A stretch of 63,885 nt of DNA, filler included, from Octopus bimaculoides (Eukaryota): the NCBI RefSeq assembly GCF_001194135.2. It is 6 parts of 5 records of this genome, joined end to end, with 100 filler letters (N's around TTAATTAATTAA, not from the genome) between each part and the next. Parts side by side here need not be neighbours in the genome. Positions count along the whole stretch, not along the records: positions 48,090 to 63,885 come from NC_068988.1; 5 more parts are not named here. One strand, written 5' to 3'. The notes beneath the pieces were generated by a model. That model ran no database searches. It was not told the DNA's origin and saw only the letters and a program-made list of their open reading frames with translations. This document shows, piece by piece, positions 48,681-63,885 of the stretch; position 1 is the stretch's first letter; each line of letters opens with the position of its first letter. The position numbers were made by a program, and so were the translations under genes.

Positions 48681-51666
48681 TATATGTATTCTAACACATT
48701 TAACGGGTGTGTTTTTATATTTTGACACATTTAACCAATATGTGTAAATTTTAAAACATTTTACTAATACGTAAATATATTTCAACCCGTAGAGACTCAT
48801 TAGTGAACGTTATATGCTTTCATTTCCACAATTGCTATGAACTACATTTGTAATTAGAGATCTAGCATGCCGGATGTAGTGGAGAATTGATTGCTTACGT
48901 CTAATGGCGACATAAACAAAATGCTTGCATCTGAAGTGATTCGATGGCGTTGTTGATAGCAACAACAATTCAGGAAATTTCTTTTTATAAATATCGTTTC
49001 ATTGTTCGGACGCACTCGATAAAATCCCATCCCTTTAATGGCATTAATACATAAACACATCATATACACAGACACACACAGCACACACACGCACTCACAT
49101 GTATACACACGTGGGCGCGCACAAGCATGCATTCGTACACAGATGCACTATAGCGTTATATTAAAGATATAGTGTTTGAGATAAGTCTTTATTTAAGATT
49201 TTTTATGTTTCTTCATCAAATTTTTAATGTATAACATTCCGAATCACATTTAATTGCAACATCTTCTCTACCTCATCTTCTAAATGAATTGGTTATAGTG
49301 ACATGTTGATACTATGTTTTGAAGAAGACAGTAAAATTAATGTGAATGAAGTTGTAACAAAAAAAAATCGTCATCGTCAGTTTTAAAATTGTTTAATGGT
49401 TAACTCATTATTTTTACATATTTCTCTTCAAATACTGCTGAAACACTTCGGTAGAATGCAGATCAGAAATGCATAGACGAGTAAAGTAAAGGTGACAGAA
49501 CCGTGAATGTAATCAGGAATTAACTGTTATTCAGGGGAATAGTTCAGCGTGAATATTTTCAAGTTGCCAGATTAGGCCAAATGAACTTGAAACGCTAATG
49601 GACTTGAGAAAGCTGTTTTTTCTTTGTGTATGTAAAAAAACAAGTTTTTCTCATTTTTAGCCTTGTATTTTCAGTGCACTCTTGTTTGTTTTTTCTCTGC
49701 ATATATATATATTTTATATATATATATCTTTCACTTTTTCTCTCTCTCTCTCTCTCTCTCTNNNNNNNNNNNNNNNNNNNNNNNNNNNNNNNNNNNNNNN
49801 NNNNNNNNNNNNNNNNNNNNNNNNNNNNNNNNNNNNNNNNNNNNNNNNNNNNNNNNNNNNNNNNNNNNNNNNNNNNNNNNNNNNNNNNNNNNNNNNNNNN
49901 NNNNNNNNNNNNNNNNNNNNNNNNNNNNNNNNNNNNNNNNCTCTTTCTCCCTCTCTCTTTCTCCCTCTCTCTCTTTCTCTCTCTGCCTCTCTCCTCTTCT
50001 TTCTCCTTCTCTCTCTCTTCCATCTCTCTCTTCTCTGTCTTTCTGCCTCTCTCTCTCTGTGGATGTATGTACATGTGTTTTTCTTTATAAGCATCATTTT
50101 AATTTTTGTGTATATTTGCGTGCGCGCGTGTGGTGTGTGCGTGTCTGTCTGTCTGCCTTCAGCACCAAACTGTCCGTCACTAAAAAGGTCATGACCAATA
50201 CCTAAATGGCTGTGTTCAATCGTTCCAATCAATCGGTTGATTACTGAAGTCTCATTAAAACTAAGTATATGAAGTTTTTCCACATTTTCAATTATATTCA
50301 ATACAAGGAATGCAAACTCATATAAAACTATTTCGCTTTAATTTTCTTCTGAAGATGGCTTTGATCGCATCTTATAACTAGAACCACATATAACACAGTT
50401 TTCGGGAAGTAAGATGTAATTGTATTTGTTTAACTGAATCCGGAAACTAAGTTCTCGTTTTTGGTGTTCATAGTTTTAATTAGAATTTAGCAATTGATAT
50501 AAATTTATCAATACGCCAAATAAGTGCTGAATAAATTTTCCATAATATAAATATCTGTAAAATTCTTTACCAATCTTCTTAAATAAATATCTAAAATCAA
50601 AAGTATTGTATTTCAGCATTATTTGTATCAACACTCAACATTTGCAAATTTAATGTAACTACATTTTGACTTGGCTTCGACTACTTGAGTTCACTCTAAG
50701 TTCGTTCACGCCTAGTTTGTGTTAGAAGATTTATTCGGTTGTTTTTCCTTCGTCCGAATGTATAAAGTTTTTGAAACCAATATAATGGAAATACAAATTC
50801 TTTTAACAGCTCTGTGTTTCAGTTTTCTCATAATGGTGGCTGTGAAATCAGTACACAAGTAGTAATAGCTATAATCATTCTGTCGGGAAGACAAACCAAA
50901 GGGTGCTCACGCATAATAGGAAAATGCGTATCACCATTTCTTGTGACTGGAGTAATCGATATGAATTTATTAATTCTCCAGATAATTGTACAATATTTTC
51001 CGTATTATAAATATCTGGAAAGGTCTCTGATAAACTTCTATCATAAAAGAATATCTTTATTATGCAAAGCAAGAAATGAACTGGTACGTACATACTAATT
51101 GCCAGCAAAGATACAGTATTGCGTTATGCAACCATAATTTACTATAAATTATATCAAAGGTTTACAAGTCAATATTGTGTCTTACTAGTGTCGATATAGT
51201 TTTTATTGTAAGAAAATATTGAATTGTAAACATTTAATATACTTTGTACTATATTATGTGTCCTTGCAAGCAATTAATGTATGCGTTCCACTTGCCAGGA
51301 ATGTGTTTAATATGTAAATTGATCTATTCAATTGTGTTACACCGCTAAATTTAACGGGTATTTGAACAATGGGTTCGTGGAGAGTTGATGGGTTTGATGA
51401 AGTGCTGATGAAAGAACAATAACAATTGAAATATGCATATACAGTAATTACGTATTTTTCTATTTTTGATCTAATGGAGCACGTGCGCGTGTGTAATACA
51501 AAATATAATACAAAGTACTGATAATTTACTCAGGGCCACTAACAAATTCACAAAGGATAAGACCGAACAGTTTAAAGTAAGATTAAATTTTTTACAGTAG
51601 TATAAGCACAAATAAGATCACACTATTTTCCTCGAATTTTCCCCACCATGTGTGTATGTGTGTGTG

Positions 51667-51728
<62 letters not shown>

Positions 51729-51960
51729 NNNNNNNNNNNNNNNNNNNNNNNNNNNNNNNNNNNNNNNNNNNNNNNNNNNNNNNNNNNNNNNNNNNNNNNN
51801 NNNNNNNNNNNNNNNNNNNNNNNNNNNNNNNNNNNNNNNNNNNNNNNNNNNNNNNNNNNNNNNNNNNNNNNNNNNNNNNNNNNNNNNNNNNNNNNNNNNN
51901 NNNNNNNNNNNNNNNNNNNNNNNNNNNNNNNNNNNNNNNNNNNNNNNNNNNNNNNNNNNN

Positions 51961-52041
<81 letters not shown>

Positions 52042-52044
52042 CTC

Positions 52045-52180
52045 TATATACTCGACTCGCTTGTGATGGTCTCCGTCTACCAAATCCATTCATAAGACTT
52101 TCATTAACCAATGGCCACACAGTAGAAATGAACCCTGTACTATGTGACTGGGAAGCAAACTTCTCACCACACAGCCACAC
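52045..52180 (-). mobile_element. SINE family A, 5' part, degenerate
   Basis: ccgtctaccaaatccattcataagactt...gcaaacttctcaccacacagccac. Confidence 0.65.
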
Positions 52181-52241
52181 CAATACACACACACGCACAC
52201 ATGCATACACACTCACACACGTATGTACGTATTTATGTATG

Positions 52242-52377
<136 letters not shown>

Positions 52378-52399
52378 GACAGACAGACAGACAAAGAGA

Positions 52400-52731
52400 G
52401 AAGGTGCTTAGCCCAGTGATTAGAGCATCTGGCTCGCAATCATGAGATAGTGAATTCAATTCCCGGACCGGGCTGTGTGTTGTGCTCTTGAGCAGCAAAC
52501 TTTATTTCACGTTGCTCTTGTTCACTCAGCAGTAGCAATGAGTTGTGACGTCACTGATATCATGCTGTATCTGCCTTTGCCTTTGCCTCAGTGGCATGTA
52601 GAGAGGTAACTGGTATGCATGGGTGACTGCTGGTCTTCCACAAACAAGCTTGCCCGGACTTCAGCCTCGGAGTGGAAGTTTCTAGGTGTAACTCCATGGT
52701 CATTCATGACCAAAGGAGATCTTTACCCTTT
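52400..52731 (+). mobile_element. SINE family D
   Basis: Aligns with 32419-32765. Confidence 0.85.
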
Positions 52732-54455
52732 ATATCCTTAGAATATTGTTTACTTTCCCGTGCCACTATAAAGAGTGAAAGTAGAAAGACCGGGCCCGTG
52801 TACCTTTACCAGTAGTTCTATGAAAAGATACCTGGCCTGAGTTTTTCATTGTTTCATATTTTCTCTATTGTATTGGTAATATGTCAAGAATTAATTGTGC
52901 CATTATACCATCGTTTAAGTTTTTAAAACTGCCGTTTGTTTGTGTCTGTATCAGCTAATGTGTGTGTTAAATTAGTATTATGCATGTAGGTGTTTAGGTT
53001 TGTGAGTTTTAGAATATGTGTATGTGTGTGGAGACTGCCATAATGGAAAGGTTATGATGTTCGATTCGCAATCAGGTAATTTGGTAAGTATCTTTTAGTA
53101 TTGATCAAAGATGGCTCAAGTTTTTTTCAGTGAAATTGGATAGACAGAAACTGCTTGAAAACTCATCAAATGGATTGTTCTTCTAATTGAAGCACCAACA
53201 CATGGAACGCTGAAGGACATTGAATCTTGAAGTTAATTTTAAAGGTGCCTATACCTATGGAATACTTAGTTTATCTTCGCACATCTGACATTTTATATTC
53301 TTCGCTTGGAATGACAGAAACATTCAGTAATATTTCATTTCATTTTTTTCATAACTTTCATTTTTTACAATATTTTTTACAATATTTCAAAGATTGGAGA
53401 TTGATCTGTTATATGATTCTTTTGCTACATTAATATGCACTGTCCTGTGCTGTTAATCGATTTAAACTTGTAATAGAAGACAAAAAGAAACGCTATGTTA
53501 TGGCTCGTTACATTCATTATAACATATTTATCATTACTTGATATGCTGCAAATGTAACGCTTAATGGCGACTTGTAACAAAATTCTAAGCCTTTCAGTTG
53601 TTCATGTATTTTCAAAATAGGCTTGAGAGATGATGCAGATGATATTGGTAGTGCTAGAATTATATGCTTTACGATTATTTACTAGTAGATTCGATATTCA
53701 AATCGGTAGAATTTGATTTGAAGTTAAAATACCTAGGATCGATAAAATAATTAAAAGTATCTGGATGCCATTAAATTGACTTAACCCATTCTCTAGAGTT
53801 TTACCATAAATCTGCAGAAAAAATCTATATTTAAACGAAGAAATAATTTTCATAGTATTAGTTTTATTCCTAGTTTCTCAAATGGAAATCTACGACGGAG
53901 CAAAAGAATATAATATGAGAAACAATGCATAATTGTAGTTGCATAAATGTAGGTCAGCTCTCAGTGCTCAGATCCTATGGTCAACAATGTTCCAGCTATG
54001 ATCATTTTGCCTTTCTTGTATATCAAGGACTATATTGTTAAATGTGTCCTTTTATTTAAGGACTGTGTGATTTGGGGGACATTTGGCTGCACTGTTATAT
54101 CTATGCCTTTTTTGTTGTCAATTTCATTTGCCAAATATTTATATTCGATGAACCCAAGCTCATGACACATAATGAGCTAGCATAGATATTTATGATGGAA
54201 AACGGATGAGACTAATCCCTGTCAGGATGGGACACTAGTTTCTAGGAAGGTATTTCTTTTAAACACACAAATTTGTTAATTCAATGTGCATCTGCAGTAT
54301 ACAGTTGTAACTTTATACCACTTTGAAATACTTGGATTGTAGGCAGGCCAAAACTCTGAGGATTAAGAGTCTTGGTTAAAGATATACCCTAGCACCGGTG
54401 GTGATATAATACAACTAATTCTTCATATGGTGATAACTCTTCAAATATTATACTG

Positions 54456-54790
54456 AGACCCCCCTCGGTCATGACTGACCATGGGATTGCACCTAGAAAG
54501 TTACCCTCCCAAGCACAAGTCCGGGCAAGGTTGTTTATGGAAGACCAGCAGTCATCCATGCATACTGGCCTCCTCTCTCCACGCCACCAGTGTTATCCAA
54601 GGGAAAGGCAAAGGCTGATACAGCTTGGCACCTGTGACGTTGCAACTCATTTCTACAGCTGAGTGAACTGGAGCAACGTGAAATAAAGTGTCTTGGTCAA
54701 GAACACAGCACGCAGCCCGGTCCGGAATTCGAACTCACAATCTCACGTTCGTAAGCTCGACGCTCTAACCACTGAGCCATGCGCCTTCAC
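54456..54790 (-). mobile_element. SINE family D, full length with a well-preserved tRNA-like head
   Basis: Reverse complement gtgaaggcgcatggctcagtggttagagcgtcgagcttacgaacgtgagattgtgagttcgaattccggaccggg... Confidence 0.92.
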
Positions 54791-55798
54791 TCAAATAAGT
54801 ACATATCATAATGATATATGCATAGAGAAATCGTGTAAAGTTATTCATATGAAATATAGCGAGTTTAAGAAATTGTAAATATTCATTAGATATTGTATAA
54901 TAATATTGTGGTAAAGGAGAAATTACATGTTAACCAGTGTTAACATATGTTAGCAAATATGGTACTCAGCGTGTAACTAATGCTAAAGGAATAGACTTAA
55001 ACAAAAAAATAGGATATTAATAATCTTATCATATATAGAAAATACATCCGAGTGAAAAGCTATAAATAGATAATTTATATAAATTTCGGTCTGCTGTTTC
55101 TACTTCCAGAAAATAAGACCGTCTAGTGATTTTTGTTTGGGGCTCATTCATAGACAAGGTCTCCAAGAAAGCCAAGTTCCAAAACTGTTGTTTAGTATCT
55201 GAAACCTATATGAAATGAAACACTTACCTCGAAACATGATTTAAATGGCTTCTTCCTTTGTTGTATCACTCCAATGAACTCTACATTGACAGTGCGTAAA
55301 TCACATATTCACTACATTACTTTACACATTTGTGCCATGAACATAGCCTTAATAAAACACAATATGAAAGGTATTGAACGTGTGTTTTGAGAGTTCTCTT
55401 GTAGAAGCTTGCATAAAAGAAAGTCCATAACATTTCAAATATGGTTAAGATGTTTCCTTTGTAAAAAGAAGCAATTTAACTGTTGCATCAAATATTTTCA
55501 GTATTTCTCAGACATGTAACGAACTGTACAAATAAAAGAAATACAAGAATATCATTTGGAATTCATCGATTTATATTTCTGCTATTTGATTTAGGTGTTT
55601 CCTGAGTGTGAATAGCTTTTGTTATCTTTACAGAATCCGTTCCTCTTCTCATTTATTCACACCCACCTCTTTTATCATGCGTATTGGAATAGGGAAGGGC
55701 ATTTATGCTTATTTTTCTTCTTCAGATATCTGCCAACTCAACATCCGTTAAACTTCATCCAAAACAGCTGCAACAATTGTTGCATTATTATACCTGTA

Positions 55799-55911
<113 letters not shown>

Positions 55912-56539
55912 CCACGCGTGTGTGTGTTTATGCTTTTTGCGAATGTATTTCTGTATTATCTACAACTTTGAATTTCTCTATTCAGCATATCACAGAGTTT
56001 CGTTTTGAAATATAGCATCGTTTTGTATTAATTCCTAATAAGTCATTGATCATATAGTTACACAGCCACAAATATTTTACTTCCTAAATCAGACACAATG
56101 CTATGGCCGAATACGTACGCGCGCGTGAACGCACACACATATACACACACATACACATGCACACACGTGCACACACACACACGCACACATATATATATAT
56201 ATATATTATACACGAATGTATGCATCGACCTTATCATTAAAAGTTTATACACACACATCAACATACACACATATGTGTATGTACATATGTATGTTTATAG
56301 ATAGAATAGATGTATTTCTGTGAGCGCGTGCATGTGTATGCATTTGTGTATGTGTATATCTTTGTGTACGGACGAAGGAAGTAACACTCATTACGTTTTG
56401 TGAGGATTGTAAATGCTTGACAAACATTTACACGATTGCGACTCTGAGTCTTATAGTAACCCAACGATTTAAAGCGAAATTTTTAGTAAGCAGATCCCTG
56501 ACAAATTGGACGTTGGTATATGTATATGTATATATATAT

Positions 56540-56888
56540 TTTCACTTGTTTCAGTCACTTGACTGCGGTCATGCTGTCGTACCGCCTTAAAGGGTTTTAG
56601 TCGAAGTAAGCCTAGTACTTATTCTATCGATCTCACTGGCCGAATCGCTTAGTTACAGGGTTGTAAACGCACCAACACAGACACAAGGACACACACACAT
56701 AAATACATACATGTATACATATATGCGACAGGCTTCTTTCAGTTTCCGTCTACTAAATCCACTCACTAGGCTTTGGTGGGCCCGAGGTCATAGTAGAAGA
56801 CACTTGCCCAAGGTTGTATGGAGCGGGACTGAGCCCGGAACCATGTGGTCGGGAAGCAAGCTTCCTACCACACAGCCACGCCTGCGCC
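56540..56888 (-). mobile_element. SINE family A
   Basis: tttcagtcacttgactgcgg...ctttcagtttccgtctactaaatcc...ctaccacacagccacgcctgcgcc. Confidence 0.88.
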
Positions 56889-56907
56889 TATATATATGTA
56901 TATACAT

Positions 56908-57017
<110 letters not shown>

Positions 57018-57090
57018 TGTGTGTGTGTGTATGTGCGTGTGTGTGTGTGTGTAGAAAACAATTTCATTTTATTCTACACGGATAGAGATA

Positions 57091-58618
<1,528 letters not shown>

Positions 58619-59774
58619 ACGTGTGTGTGTGTGTGTGCGCGCGCGCGTGTACGTACAGAGAGAGGGGGATAATGTATTGTCAATAATATTTATACTTCAT
58701 AAAACGAATAACAGAAAAATATTTCTTCAGATATATGTATGATGTAATTGAAATTTAATTTCTCCCAAGTAGTTTTTCTATTTACACCTGGAAGTAATGC
58801 CGACGACTTAGTTTTTTTATTGCTCTGTTCCTTTCAAGATCTCATAGTGTTCTCTAAAAAATGTGCAAAGTTTAAAAGTCTTAATATTAATTTATAAATA
58901 GATTCTAATATACTTAATTCGCGTTATTTGGTATCAGTTTTCATCGGTACCTAGAATCCTAGCATGACATATTGCTGCTTTTGATATAAACGAATGAAAC
59001 ATGACTCGAAGTAGGGAAGTCGGTGATGTACTCTAGATGAGACATGCAAATAGTGCTTCAATTTGAGTATATTAGTGAAACGTTTATATGTTAGTTTTGC
59101 GAAGGTAGACGCGAATTCAGTGTGTTTTGACCGATGCGTGATATTATATTTTTCCCAACAGATCCGAAGTAGATAAACTGTTCTTTCCCATGATAAAAAC
59201 GCAATTATATTGCATATATCTTGTCAACTGATCACTTAGACTGCTAGGTGAACTGAATTTCAATTAATCAAGTTTCCCGTCCACAGAACGAAATAATTGC
59301 AGTGGATTTGATGTCAAAACATATAAGTTAGTAATTTAAAACCTCATATCGTCGATCAGTTTTCTTTTTACGGAAGGGGTTATAGAGAAAGCGCGACGTA
59401 TAATGGTATGGATAGTAGTTTGTTTCAATTTTTATAACATACCAATTAGAAATAAGAGACAGTCAGGATTGCATAATTGCATTTTTAACCAGAAAGGAGA
59501 AGGCTGATTCGAAGACTATAGATGTAATCCATCAGTAGAACTATAAATAGCAATATATAGAGAAATTAAGCAGGGAAAAGTTCATAAACTCTTTGTGTTA
59601 TCAAATGGATATTTTAAACTATTGATATTTCTCCTTTTTCCGAATGAGAACAGCCCTATGGAAACCGGGCAAACGGCTTTATGACTCTTGACGCTCGAAA
59701 AACAATATGTATGTATGTATGTATGTATGTATATATATATACATTTATATATGCATGTATGAATATATGTATGT

Positions 59775-60067
59775 CATTATTCAGTTTTATTTCAAGATTT
59801 CTTACCAATACAGAAAGATTCGGTTTCTAACTTAGATCCAAGTATACTTCAATGCAATTTCAACATCCACAACAAGGTATTTTTGTATGTATGTATATGT
59901 GCAGATTTCTATGTTTTGTGTTATGTGTGTATTCTCATGCATATAGTTACATAACTAGACATGCTCATATATGTTTAAATGATAAACTTCTGGAAAGTTT
60001 TACAGATTTTTACAGTTCCACTGATAGGTTAGATCGGTAGTCTTCGAATCAGCTTTCTCCTTTCTGG
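59775..60067 (-). mobile_element. RLE 3'-end family (same as 19514-19933), third copy
   Basis: ttattcagttttatttcaaga...cggtttctaac...tttacagttccactgat...tcttcgaatcagc; (TATG)n on the 3' side. Confidence 0.75.
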
Positions 60068-60394
60068 CGCAGTAGAACATGATACCTACAAATCTTGAAT
60101 GTGTCGATATAATCTCTCGCTGGTTTCGTATTATCTGCACCTCCACCAATAATCTACATGTCGGTCTATATAGGACCGTTGACTCAAGAATATTATAACT
60201 CTCTTTTTTTCTTTCACATCTATCATTATAGTGAGGTTTTCATTCAACTGGAATATTCGTTGTTATGAGTTTCGTTCAAATAGAACACTTTTAAGCATTG
60301 CTTCATAACAGATATTATATTAATTTTTCTTTTATAATGTTACTTCATCTGTGAGCTCGCAAGAGCGTATTTCTCTCTGTGCATCTGTGTGTGT

Positions 60395-60439
<45 letters not shown>

Positions 60440-61839
60440 TGTGTGTGTGAGTGTGTGTGTGTGTGTTTATGTGTCTATCTATGTTTATCAACTACAACTG
60501 ATATATGGTGCTGTGAAGTGTCACACTCTTGATATCTATAACAAAAATAAAATCCTTACGAAGGTCACATCATGTGTTTATATACTGCAATCATATTAAA
60601 ATGATTTTTAAATGTATAGACATTCTATGTTTTGTTAGGTAGTAGTTTAGAGCTAAATAGATCATATGTGTAGATTCAAAAATATATGCACGTTCCAACA
60701 TAGTGAGTTTGTGGGCTAGGAGCAGAAGATTTTAGTAATTTTGACGATATAGAATTTATGTAGAGTGCTATATTATATCTACGCAATAAGGAATAAGCAT
60801 CGTAATTAATTGTATTAATAAAGCAACTTATAGGTTCCATCTTCTGTAAACATGACAATTTAAAACACATCATTTATATACGATTTGATACAAATATATC
60901 GAATATTATGTATTCTTTTTTTATTACTATTTTCTTTGAGGCCGTGGTAAAGAAAACACTGTAAGGGCATTTAGCTTTCTTGTAACGTTAAGAAACGAAA
61001 TACATAGTAGATGATATATAAATTAGTTGGATCGTGGTCGTGAATTCAAATTGTTCGCGGTGCTTCGTTCTATTTACTTGCCGCAATACTGGGAAGTAAA
61101 TTGTCTTATCTCCATTATTTGAAGAAAATAAGTAGGAGGATCTAGGGAACTTACCTACGACAGAATAGCATCATATCAAAAACGATAAATTCAGTCATCT
61201 GTTTAAAATTAGGGAACCAAATTTTAGTAACACGCTCAGTCTTCCTTGAGGTACTTTTGAGCTTAGAATACTGTTATATTTTCGTAATTATGGTTCATAT
61301 TATTCCGAATATATTTTTTAACTAATTAAAAGTAATAAGAAATGAGAAATTTGCGTGTTGTGAGATAAATAATGCTATCTATTTCCTTAGAAATATAAGG
61401 GCAAAATATTTCTTTCAATATGTTCATATTGTTTGTTGTTTTTCTCACATAGCTAGAGAGCGTGGGTGGACGCGACTGACAGGAATTAACTGAAACAGAG
61501 ATCGAGGGAGGCATATGGTAAATGAGAGAAAATGAACAATTTTTGGATATAATCATGACGTAAACTATGATCTAATATATGCATGCTGATGTCGCAGACA
61601 CTTCTATAGCAATAAATATATTTATATTGTTGCATTTGCAGGAAATTCGTAATTTCGATCGCAATCTACAACGTATTTTGCTGGAAAAAGAAATGATAAA
61701 ATGCCTTTCAGGAATATCCAACCAATCCACCAGAATCGAAGGTAATCTTTTGTCAGTCTTCATATTATTTGTTACATTGCTGTTGTTATTGTTTTACACT
61801 GTTCTATGCGTGTGTATATAGATATGTATAAATGTGCTA

Positions 61840-62402
61840 CAGGTTGTTCAAAAAGTCTCGCCGCAGTAAGTATTTTATTGCAAAATAAATATTTATAAGA
61901 TGGTATAAGAATACAAAGAATATATTAGACTTTACAAGACTTTTAAAAACTTTATAAGTGATGCTGAAAGTGTCATCCTTCATTTTTAATACACAAGTTG
62001 ACTCTTCTATACATGTTTTGAAATACATCTTGGAGAGTCTGGCGCGGTATGGACCGTGTGAAGTTTATGATTCCGTCTCTCAGCTCATTAATGGTTTTCG
62101 GGCGATTCTTGTACACTTATCCTTTACTTACTCCCCAGAAAAAAATGTCTGGCGATGTTAAATTAGGTGATCTTGCTAGCCAAAGTCCCTTCGAAATAAT
62201 CCGTTCACCGAAAAACTCTTGAAGTAACGCCATGGTAATGCGTGAAGTATGTGTTCTAGCGCCATCTTGTTGAAAGTATGCAATATTAATTTCACTTTCA
62301 GTGAGTCGGCCTACAAATGGATAGACACTATTTGAGCAATATCTCTCGATGTTGATGGTGTCTTTAAATACTTCACTGCAGAGAGACTTTTCGAACACCC
62401 TA
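61840..62402 (-). mobile_element. Tc1/mariner-superfamily transposon, internally deleted, with TIRs and TA target duplication
   Basis: TIRs CAGGTTGTTCAAAAAGTCTCGCCGCAGT / TAGGGTGTTCGAAAAGTCTCTCTGCAGT; TA at 61838-39 and 62403-04; transposase remnant YFQQDGARTH...W.ARSPNLTSPDIFFWG. Confidence 0.9.
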
Positions 62403-62903
62403 TATATATGTGCGTATAAGTGTACAGTAAACTTTTGTAAACGCATTTTAACCTCAGTGAGAAAACACCTACCATAATAAAACCACAAATTATTATAAAA
62501 CTTGCTGAGCCTTTGCCTGAAGTACTTTAACTCACAGATTCATCTTGTGAAACCTGTATCAAGATTTTGGAAATACAAAACATTTGTGATCACTACCATA
62601 CCACAAAAGAAAGGGGAGAGTGTGTTAACTATGCTTATCTCTCTAGTGACGTAATTTTTTGAAATTGATCTTTTTAAACTTCTCTATGTAAAGCAAAAGC
62701 TACAAGCACCTGCTTTTATACTACCCATCTCTCGTTAAAGCATTTGGAAATATTCGAGATCTCAGAAGTATAGAATAGAATTGAACTTATCAGTGGATTA
62801 TTACTAGCGCGGAGAAAATCTAAAGACATAACCGATCGTTCTAAAATGATGGCTATCTGAATCTTTCGCAATGGATTATATATTAATTTACTCTAGCGTA
62901 ATA

Positions 62904-63115
62904 GGATTTCAAATTTTGGCACAAGACCAGCATGCCTGGGTGAGTGAGTAAGTCGATTTCATCGACATCAGTGCTCAACTGGTCCTTATTTTATCGACCT
63001 TGAAAGGATAAAAGGCAAAGTCGACCTCGGCATAATTTGAACTCAGAACGTAAAAGCGGACAAAATGCCGCTAAACATTTTTCCCGGCGTGCTAACAATT
63101 CTGCAATCTCGCCGC
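62904..63115 (-). mobile_element. SINE family B, full length, probable ~10-bp TSD
   Basis: Reverse complement of the family B pattern; CTCTAGCGTA (62891-900) vs CTCTAGTGTA (63116-25). Confidence 0.88.
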
Positions 63116-63256
63116 CTCTAGTGTACACTCAAGTGTAATATAATTTCCCCCGGAACATTTCCAATATATTCCCACTCTAAGTGAATATGAGCTTATTACT
63201 CATGACAGCAATTTCCATGCTCAAATATTCCTGCAATAACGATTTGGTTTATTCCT

Positions 63257-63551
63257 TAATTACCCTGCGCGCATAAGATAAAACTGGGTTAGTGTAGTCG
63301 CTTGTCTTGGTCTGTTTGTCTTTGTGTTTGCAAAATTAATGAAAAACGGCTGAACTGAGTTTCACCAAATTTGGCAGAAATACTCATTGGCTAAGTGGAT
63401 CAAAATCATTAAATTTTGGTGTGATTATCTTCAAAACTGGCGGACGAGTGAATCAAAATGTTTTGGCTGTGCAGATTTTTGCGAATAAATTTATGTGCAC
63501 GTAGGATATGCATCGTTTTCGCATGTTCTCAGCACATGGGTCTATTACTAG
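63257..63551 (+). mobile_element. Helentron-associated / DINE-like non-autonomous rolling-circle element
   Basis: 5' TACCC...GGGTTA subterminal hairpin, (GTCT/GTTT)-like tract, aaaaacggctgaactgagtttcaccaaatttgg body, 3' end gggtctattacTAG. Confidence 0.5.
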
Positions 63552-63641
63552 CACATAAGAACATGTATTATGTCTATTAAATACTATTTATCTCTCACCA
63601 GATAGTGTACTTTTTTGTCGATCTTACCATCACGGAACGGT

Positions 63642-63676
<35 letters not shown>

Positions 63677-63699
63677 TTTTAAAAAAACACAAATAACAA

Positions 63700-63885
63700 T
63701 AACAAAAAAACAACAAAGTGAGGACGTGATACGGATAGTGTTATTGGACGCTCGGGAAAGGAAGGAGAGAGATTACGACGTTTCGGGCGGAGCCCTTCGT
63801 CGGAAAGACAGAAAGTTCGGAGGATGGAAAAACGGAGGAAGAGGAAAATGGCACCGATGCCCACGAGGTTACATTGTGAAAGGAC
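63700..63885 (-). mobile_element. Penelope-type terminal-repeat fragment with a degenerate minimal hammerhead core; runs off the right edge
   Basis: - strand CCGACGA-A-GGGC-TCC-GCCC-GAAAC-GTC-GTA (63803-63774); related fragment at ~33860-33900. Confidence 0.5.

Overview
Repeat-dense, AT-rich animal genomic DNA, most likely a coleoid cephalopod such as Octopus (inferred from the CORE-type tRNA-derived SINEs and the microsatellite load). The assembly is gappy and contains five artificial 100-bp linkers (44N-TTAATTAATTAA-44N). Almost all supplied ORFs are microsatellite or N artefacts, or decayed retroelements. One convincing host coding exon lies on the + strand (47358-47871, CDS from 47373). 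It encodes a Ser/Gly/Tyr-rich N-terminus typical of a developmental transcription factor, possibly Hox-like, but no homeobox is present in the window. A second possible coding exon, missed by the ORF track, lies on the - strand at 38520-38803. Mobile elements include RTE, Jockey/I-like, CR1-like, R4/Dong-like, Penelope, a Tc1/mariner deletion derivative, a 1.4-kb foldback element, a Helentron/DINE-like element and four SINE families. Top finding: a three-copy dispersed repeat carries all the catalytic strands of a hammerhead ribozyme in a non-circularly permuted (A-C-B, pseudoknotted) order at 40838-40895 (-), and a second copy begins at the predicted cleavage site. Also notable: a complete canonical type I hammerhead in a Penelope tail (13971-14029), RLE retroelements that appear to sit in (TAA)n and (CATA)n microsatellites, and a palindromic templated insertion inside an RTE reverse transcriptase.
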